A DNA stretch of 51,909 nucleotides from a virus (Duplodnaviria; Caudoviricetes), in IMG/VR virus record IMGVR_UViG_3300009537_003043, positions 1 to 51,909 of that record; one strand, given 5' to 3'. Positions 46,801-51,909 of this stretch are shown here, one piece after another; position 1 is the stretch's first letter; the number at the start of each line of letters is the position of its first letter. The notes under the pieces were generated by a model. The model was not told where the DNA came from, ran no database searches, and worked only from the letters and a program-made list of their open reading frames with translations. A program made the translations under genes and the position numbers.

Positions 46801-47930
46801 ACGGGCACGACCTGACGCCGGAGCAGTTCACCGAGTACGTCAAGATGGCCGGGCGTCCGGCGAAGCAGGTGCTGGCCGAACTGGTATCCGACCCGGGCTG
46901 GGCCGAGGTGCCGGACTACTACAAGGCCGAGCGCATGGAGGCCATCATCGGCACGTTCCGTCGCATGGCCCGCCAGCAGATGATGGCCAAACATCCGGAA
47001 CTGGTGGTGCCGGCGCGGCTGGAAGAGGAAATGAAGGCCGTGGCGCCGGCCGCCGCCGGGCAGGAACCATCGGCCCGCACGCCGGCACAGACGGAATTGG
47101 TGGCCGCCGCGCACGGGTTGGGGCCCGTGGTGGCATCGACGGCGCCGCGGGGGCGGGTGCCCCGAGCAACGCTGGACGCCGTGCAGGCCGCAGTGCGAAA
47201 TTCGGCCCGGGGACTGGTGCAGGCCAAGACCATCGGAGAGACAACCGAAACACCGTCGGTGGACACCGAGCGGGTGCTGCAGATGTCCCGCAATCCAGGC
47301 AAGCTGATGGACGCCATCATGTCCCGCACCGGGTCCCTGGCGGCAGATGACCCGGAAGCCTTCGCCGCCCTGGCCTCGCAGGCGCAGCGCGCGATGGACT
47401 ACCTGGCGGAACGCGCTCCGACCAGCGCGGAGCCACCCTCAATCTTCGGCGAAAAAGCGGAAGCGCCGGAGCACGAGCAGGCCGCCTGGCGCCGGACCGT
47501 GGCCGCGGCCCTGGACCCGCTCGCCGCGGTAGAACGGCTGGGGCGCGGGGAACTCGATCAGGAAGCCTTGGACACGCTGCAGGCCCTCCATCCGCCGATC
47601 TTCGAAACCTTTCAAGCCGGCGTGCTGGAAGCCCTGGCGGCGGAAACCGAACCACCCGATTATGAGCGGCGGCTGTACCTGGGGCAGATTCTTGGCCCCG
47701 GCGTCGAGCCCACCACGGCGCCGCGGTTCGTGGCCGCCATCCAGAGCACGTTCGGCGAGCGCGACCCGAGGCAGGGAATGCCCGGAACCTTCCCGCGCCG
47801 CAACGGCAGCCAGACCTTGACCGGGCGCGAATCGCGCCGCAAGAGCCGCAACATCTCACTGGCCATGGCCGAGCGGATGTCCGGCGGAGAAACGCTTTCC
47901 ACGCCAGTGCAGGAATTGGCCAAACGCTAG
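43824..47930 (+). CDS. Large internal virion (ejection) protein
   Basis: 1368 aa, helical; PFIRTPANI, RFEPLG; third of three ejection-type genes. Confidence 0.75.
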   Translation: MSEPWNSDPIVETARPREDERPWEADPVVPVVGNEPAPTTAPVERPWEADPVVSATGETEADDSALSAVGTFYRELAVPTLLGGARDALQGLLDLPEDFGLTGDLPDLPEVPEPTTLGGRMVRDMTQFLAGFVPVFGWLGKAGKLGPIARGAAAGAAADFAVFDGQEERLSNLVQEHPALANPVTEFLASDPDDAAPLGRLKNALEGLGLGAAADGFLSGVRVLRAARAGRRQIATGATPEVVQETVRREARNILDVRDVSSPPPTGPMAREAGGSAATEPGAAGMAARPAMEGGPVLRETLTPEDLLRQTEPEFQTRAAGRNAPEPTREVRVAGNINLDRIESPEDLKNALTVLARTDAPDIAAERAAGTARGEAHTEGVRGLLLASARRTMDSLPRAEAVPEEDMMRALANIEQLRGVVAFSAGQAAEASARLRAYKHIKDAVAQQDYKAMREMVDGLGGNKMVERKIALTAAIDDLEAFANHAPKIWEAKTIDKALEVWRAGLLTGFRTQAANFLSNTLVLGYTVPERAIGASFGALAGGERIHARESLAFANGALKAMRRASSDAWQVFWREAPGPEGAPESVRRTVPGLQMGEELPAGAFKSQEVGRRHAVGGTVGYAVRSPFRALDAADVWFKTITFGGEVEALAIRKALAEGLEGHVLRERVAQIVGHLDEFPDIVAEGNARAAVNTFTTPLHEQEGFIADLAGSISKFTAKHPSFGFVAPFIRTPANIFKFAAERTPAGFFMADMKKAIKAGGAKRQEALAKITLGSSVMGSIAWAAAEGHITGHGPTDPNKRRLWRANNQPYSVRLPGSDTWYSYARFEPLGTLMGIAADGVEIIKNARSEEDWDNIAMLGVTAAANVMTNKTFMQGPTALISALEDPQRFGDRFVEMLGGSTVPTLIADVARANDPVLRNVRSVMDAWLNRVPGASGRLQPILNLWGEEVVREGGALAQVFSPVYVSTADKDPLAAELMRVEYHPGMPGRSINGHDLTPEQFTEYVKMAGRPAKQVLAELVSDPGWAEVPDYYKAERMEAIIGTFRRMARQQMMAKHPELVVPARLEEEMKAVAPAAAGQEPSARTPAQTELVAAAHGLGPVVASTAPRGRVPRATLDAVQAAVRNSARGLVQAKTIGETTETPSVDTERVLQMSRNPGKLMDAIMSRTGSLAADDPEAFAALASQAQRAMDYLAERAPTSAEPPSIFGEKAEAPEHEQAAWRRTVAAALDPLAAVERLGRGELDQEALDTLQALHPPIFETFQAGVLEALAAETEPPDYERRLYLGQILGPGVEPTTAPRFVAAIQSTFGERDPRQGMPGTFPRRNGSQTLTGRESRRKSRNISLAMAERMSGGETLSTPVQELAKR

Positions 47931-47939
47931 GAGCCGACA

Positions 47940-50900
47940 ATGAGAACCGCCAACACCCGACTGTTCGACGCTGTGGAACTGGCCACCGACCAGGTGTCCG
48001 CCTCGTTCAACATCGAGCGCCTGGAGCATTTCGGGGCCGTGGCCACGTGGACCAACACCACGCCCGCGGCTGATACATTCGCCCCGGAGGACGTGATCCT
48101 GGCGGCGGATCAGATCATCATTGCCACCAATGCGTTCGTGGCCGATCTGCCGGTGCAACTCACTACGACCGGCACGCTGCCGGGCGGGCTGGCCCTGGCC
48201 ACCACGTACTACGTGCAGGTCGTCGATGCGGACCGCTTCCAACTGGCCCTGACGGCCGGCGGGGCCGCGGTGGACATCACCGACGCCGGATCGGGCACGC
48301 ACACGATCACGCCGATCGCCGCCGCCCCGACGTTCGGCCTGGGAGACGTGTTCGTGCTGGGCGATGAGTTGAAGGTGACGGCCCACGGCTACGTGGACAA
48401 CCTGCCGGTGAAGATCACCACGACCGGGACCCTGCCGGCTGGCATCAGCGCCGGGGTCACGTACTATCTGCTGGGCCTGAACGTCGATCAACTCCACCTG
48501 TACGATGCCCCCGGCGGCAGCCTCATCGACATCACGGACCGCGGCACCGGCACCCACACCATCGAGCCGGTGGATTACGCACCCACCTTCGGGCCAGCCG
48601 CGGTGTTCCCGACGGCCAACATCATCGTCATCACGGCCCACGGGTACGAGGCCAACCTGCCCGTGCAGTTGACCACGACCGGGACGCTCCCGACCGGCCT
48701 GGCTCTGGTGACCACCTACTACGTGGACGTGGTGACCGTGGATCAGATTAGGCTGCTGGATGCGCCGAGCGGCTCCGTGGTGACCTTCAGCGACGTGGGA
48801 AGTGGCACCCACACGGTCGAGCCGGCCACTGCGGCCCCGACGTTCACGGCCAAGGAGGTCTACACGCTGGGCGACGAACTGGTGCTGACCGCTCATGGCT
48901 ACGTCGATGACCTCCCTGTGCAGTTGACCACGACCGGCACCTTGCCGGCCGGCCTGGCTCTGGTGACCACCTATTACGTCAAGGTGGTGACGGTGGACCA
49001 CATTCAGCTCGCTGCGACGCCCGCCGGCGCAGCCATCGACATCACCGACGAGGGCACCGGTACCCACACGGTCGAGCCGGTGGTGGCGGCCCCGACGTTC
49101 GGGCCGGAGGACGTGGCCCCAACGGGGGACGAGTTCTACGAGGCGAGCCATGAGTTGGTGACCGATCTGCCGGTGCAGTTGACCACCACGGACACGCTGC
49201 CCGCGCCGTTGCTGTTGGCGACGACCTACTACGCCAAGAAGAACGACGCCAACCGGTTCTCGCTTGCGGCCACACCGGCAGGTGCGGCCATCGACCTGAC
49301 CGACCGCGGCGTCGGCACCCACACCATCACCCCGGTCGCCTACGCGCCTACGTTCGAGACCACGGACGTGGATGTCGGCAATGACATGATCTACGAAGGC
49401 AGCCACAGTTTCGTGGAAGATGAGGAAGTGCAGTTCACGACCACGGGGACACTGCCCGCAGGGCTTTCCCTGGCCACGCCGTACTACGTGCTGGTGCAGG
49501 ACGTGGATCGCATCAAGGTCAGCGCCACCGTCGGCGGGGCGGCGGTAAACATCACCGACGTGGGTACCGGCACCCATACCGCGACCCGGCAGGCTGCGGC
49601 ACCATCTGTCGCCGCCGCGGAAGTGTTCCCCATGGCGGACTCGCTCTACATGGCCGCGCACGGGCTGGTGGATGCCGAAGAAGTCCAGTTCACCACCGCC
49701 ACCACGCTGCCCGCGGGGCTGTCGCTGGCGACGCCGTACTACGTGATCGTCGCGGACGCCAATTCCATCCAGGTGGAAGCCTCGGTGGGTGGCGGTGTGG
49801 TGAACATCACCGATGGCGGCACCGGCACGCACACCGCGACCCGGCAGTCCGGCAACGACACCGTGGAGCAGGTCGGCACGACGGCTGACAGCGTCCGGGC
49901 CGCCACCCATGGGCTGGTGGCCGCGGAAGAAGTGGTGCTCACCACGACGGGGACGCTACCCGCAGGTCTGGCCTTGGCCACGACCTACTACGTGCTGGTG
50001 GTGGACGCCAACCACCTCCAACTGGAGGCCAGCATCGGTGGCGGCGCCATCGACATCACCGACGGCGGCAGCGGAACGCACACGGCGACCCGGCAGGCGG
50101 CCAACGGCGCGGGCGAGGACTACGGGCTGGTGGCCAACAGCATCCGGCTCACGGGCCACACCCTGGTTGAGGACGAGCCCGTGGTGCTGTCCACGGCCGG
50201 CACCCTGCCTGCTGGCCTGTCCCCCGGCACCTACTACGTCATCAAGACCGACGCCAACACGATTCAGGTGGAAGCCTCGGTTGGCGGTGGCGCCATCGAC
50301 ATCACCGACAACGGAACGGGCACCCACACGGCCACGCGCTCCAGCCCCGACCAGGCGGTCGAGGAGGTGGGGCCCACGCCGAACAGCATCCGCATGACGG
50401 CGCACGGGCTGGTGGCGAACGAGCCGGTGGCTCTGACCACCACGGACACGCTGCCGGCCGGGCTCACGGTGGCCACATGGTACGTGCTCGTCACGGATGT
50501 CGATACGGTCCAACTGGAGTCCAGCGTCGGGGCCGGTGCGGTGGACATCACCGACAACGGAACGGGCACCCACACCGCGACCCGCAACACCGCGGCCGAC
50601 GACATGGAGGACGTGGGCTACGTGGCCGAGCAAATCCACCTCCCCGCCCACGGGCTGGTGGACGCGCAGATCGTTCAGTTGAGCACAACCGGCGCGCTGC
50701 CGACCGGCCTCTCGGCCAGCACCGACTATTACGTGATCGTGGACGACGCCAACTACATCCGGCTGGCGTCCTCGCGCGCCAACGCCCTGGCCGGCACGGC
50801 CATCAACATCACCGGGGAGGGCACCGGCACGCACACGCTGACCCCCTCCAGTCTGTCCACGGGGATCACCGTGCAATACGCGAACACCGAGACGCCGGTC

Positions 50901-51068
50901 GAGGCCGATTGGGTGGACAGCGCGCTCACGCTCACGATGGACGACGATCCGCTGATCGGTCTCATCGCCGGAACCAACGTCGGGTTCCGCCACCTGCGGC
51001 TCAAGACCACCAGTTCGGGCGGCAGCGGAGCCCTCACCGTGGACATCAACGCCAAGGGCGGCACCTGA
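47940..51068 (+). CDS. Virion surface protein with 11 tandem ~85-aa domains
   Basis: Repeats of HG...V..TT.GTLP.GL...T.YYV...D...DITD.G.GTHT. Confidence 0.85.
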   Translation: MRTANTRLFDAVELATDQVSASFNIERLEHFGAVATWTNTTPAADTFAPEDVILAADQIIIATNAFVADLPVQLTTTGTLPGGLALATTYYVQVVDADRFQLALTAGGAAVDITDAGSGTHTITPIAAAPTFGLGDVFVLGDELKVTAHGYVDNLPVKITTTGTLPAGISAGVTYYLLGLNVDQLHLYDAPGGSLIDITDRGTGTHTIEPVDYAPTFGPAAVFPTANIIVITAHGYEANLPVQLTTTGTLPTGLALVTTYYVDVVTVDQIRLLDAPSGSVVTFSDVGSGTHTVEPATAAPTFTAKEVYTLGDELVLTAHGYVDDLPVQLTTTGTLPAGLALVTTYYVKVVTVDHIQLAATPAGAAIDITDEGTGTHTVEPVVAAPTFGPEDVAPTGDEFYEASHELVTDLPVQLTTTDTLPAPLLLATTYYAKKNDANRFSLAATPAGAAIDLTDRGVGTHTITPVAYAPTFETTDVDVGNDMIYEGSHSFVEDEEVQFTTTGTLPAGLSLATPYYVLVQDVDRIKVSATVGGAAVNITDVGTGTHTATRQAAAPSVAAAEVFPMADSLYMAAHGLVDAEEVQFTTATTLPAGLSLATPYYVIVADANSIQVEASVGGGVVNITDGGTGTHTATRQSGNDTVEQVGTTADSVRAATHGLVAAEEVVLTTTGTLPAGLALATTYYVLVVDANHLQLEASIGGGAIDITDGGSGTHTATRQAANGAGEDYGLVANSIRLTGHTLVEDEPVVLSTAGTLPAGLSPGTYYVIKTDANTIQVEASVGGGAIDITDNGTGTHTATRSSPDQAVEEVGPTPNSIRMTAHGLVANEPVALTTTDTLPAGLTVATWYVLVTDVDTVQLESSVGAGAVDITDNGTGTHTATRNTAADDMEDVGYVAEQIHLPAHGLVDAQIVQLSTTGALPTGLSASTDYYVIVDDANYIRLASSRANALAGTAINITGEGTGTHTLTPSSLSTGITVQYANTETPVEADWVDSALTLTMDDDPLIGLIAGTNVGFRHLRLKTTSSGGSGALTVDINAKGGT

Positions 51069-51160
51069 TGAAGAGCCGGCACGCCGAGCACAACAAGATC
51101 GGGCAGGTGATGCTTAGTTTTTTCCGGCGTCTGCTGCGCCTGCTTTCAGGGAGGAAGGCC

Positions 51161-51679
51161 ATGGGTTCGAAACCGCGTAAAAACTATCGCTTCGGCACGC
51201 ATTCCCGCAGGCAGCTTGCCACGTTGCACCCGTCCTTTCAAGCGGTGTTGCATGAGGTTTTGGAAACCGACGACTTTGCCATCGACCAGGGCGGGCGCAC
51301 GGAGGCGCAGCAGTGGGAATACTACAACGCCGGCACCTCGCAGCTTCATCCGCCGGACGGCAAGCACCTGATTCAACCGGACGGCTGGGCCTACGCCGCC
51401 GACCTGTGCCCTTGGATCAACGGCCATCGGCTGGCGACGGATGCGGAAAGTTTCGGGCCGTATCAGATGGCGCAGTTCGCCTGGTTTCTGCGGCGCGTCG
51501 AACAGGTGGGCGAGTATCTCCTGCGGGCGCAGGCGCTCGTCACCGGAGAGCATTTTCACCTGCGGTTCGGGATCAACTGGGACGGCGACGCGGAGATTCT
51601 GACCGACCAGAAATTTCAGGACTGGTTTCACGTCGAGATGGTGCGGGTCCGCGCGGGAGAGGGTGGCGGACATGGCTGA
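51161..51679 (+). CDS. Endolysin, M15 (L-Ala-D-Glu peptidase-like)
   Basis: GGRTEAQQ, KHL...AAD, DWFHVE; SD ggagg. Confidence 0.82.
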   Translation: MGSKPRKNYRFGTHSRRQLATLHPSFQAVLHEVLETDDFAIDQGGRTEAQQWEYYNAGTSQLHPPDGKHLIQPDGWAYAADLCPWINGHRLATDAESFGPYQMAQFAWFLRRVEQVGEYLLRAQALVTGEHFHLRFGINWDGDAEILTDQKFQDWFHVEMVRVRAGEGGGHG

Positions 51680-51866
51680 ATTTCCGCAACCCATCGAAAT
51701 CCCCGTGGGGTGGCTGGCCGCGTTGGGGGCCGTGCTGCTGTGGGGCTGGCGCGCGGTCAGCGTCGGGCGCCAGATCGGGGAACTGACCCAGGAGGTCAAG
51801 CGCCTGCGGGCCGACTTCACGCACCTGCGCGAGCGGCTGGAAGCGCACCTGGACCGAGGCCCCTGA
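51672..51866 (+). CDS. Small TM plus coiled-coil lysis-region protein
   Basis: One hydrophobic segment followed by heptads; overlaps the endolysin stop. Confidence 0.6.
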   Translation: MAEFPQPIEIPVGWLAALGAVLLWGWRAVSVGRQIGELTQEVKRLRADFTHLRERLEAHLDRGP

Positions 51867-51909
51867 TGGACGACTGCATGTTCAACCCGGAACTGATTGC
51901 GGCGGCGGG
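51866..51909 (+). CDS. Start of an ORF cut by the window end; probably the N-terminus of the PagL-like gene
   Basis: TGATG coupling; MDDCMFNPELIAAAG is open to the end of the window. Confidence 0.5.
   Translation, partial: MDDCMFNPELIAAA

Larger units (their letters stand above)
1..51909. mobile_element. Tailed dsDNA phage genome (podovirus-like), probably near-complete and circularly permuted
   Basis: Order TerS-TerL-portal-scaffold-capsid-adaptor-fibre-nozzle-ejection proteins-lysis; no tape measure or sheath gene; no host housekeeping genes; the lysis module at the right end continues at the left end. Confidence 0.92.

Noticed and set aside
25558-50993. Many long minus-strand ORFs opposite the structural genes (e.g. 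30298..32010, 32354..34267, 45258..47114, 47856..49910)
   Set aside because: Antisense shadows of high-GC3 genes; no motifs and atypical composition
34191-51068. Diversity-generating retroelement acting on fibre or repeat genes
   Set aside because: No reverse transcriptase, and no repeat pair differing only at adenines was seen

Overview
The window looks like an essentially complete, circularly permuted ~52-kb genome of a high-GC, podovirus-like tailed phage, probably infecting a Gram-negative host. There are four transcription blocks. (1) Leftward 1.1-12.2 kb: DNA modification and recombination genes (amino-MTase, PAPS-reductase family, C5-MTase, transglycosylase, DUF5131, Rnl2-like ligase, Gp3-like recombination protein, PD-(D/E)XK nuclease). 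(2) Rightward 12.3-16.5 kb: Cro-like protein, ERCC4 nuclease, CsrA-like protein, primase-helicase. (3) Leftward 16.5-22.3 kb: truncated Dam-like gene, serine recombinase, small early genes, pentapeptide-repeat protein, XRE regulator. (4) Rightward 23-51.9 kb, continuing into 1-1046: TerS, degenerate tRNA-Thr, GNAT, TerL, portal, scaffold, capsid, adaptor, fibre, nozzle, three ejection proteins, a repeat protein and the lysis genes. No DNA or RNA polymerase is recognisable. Most notable: a phage CsrA-like gene with canonical CsrA-binding hairpins over its own ribosome-binding site and in a second UTR; a PagL-like lipid A deacylase inside a lysis cassette with no obvious spanins; one ~85-aa domain inserted into three different virion proteins (13 copies); a C5-MTase split over two overlapping frames; two SutA-like proteins (one broken at a G8 tract); and repeated intergenic hairpin modules between early genes. 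All family calls are from motif recognition by eye; no searches were run.
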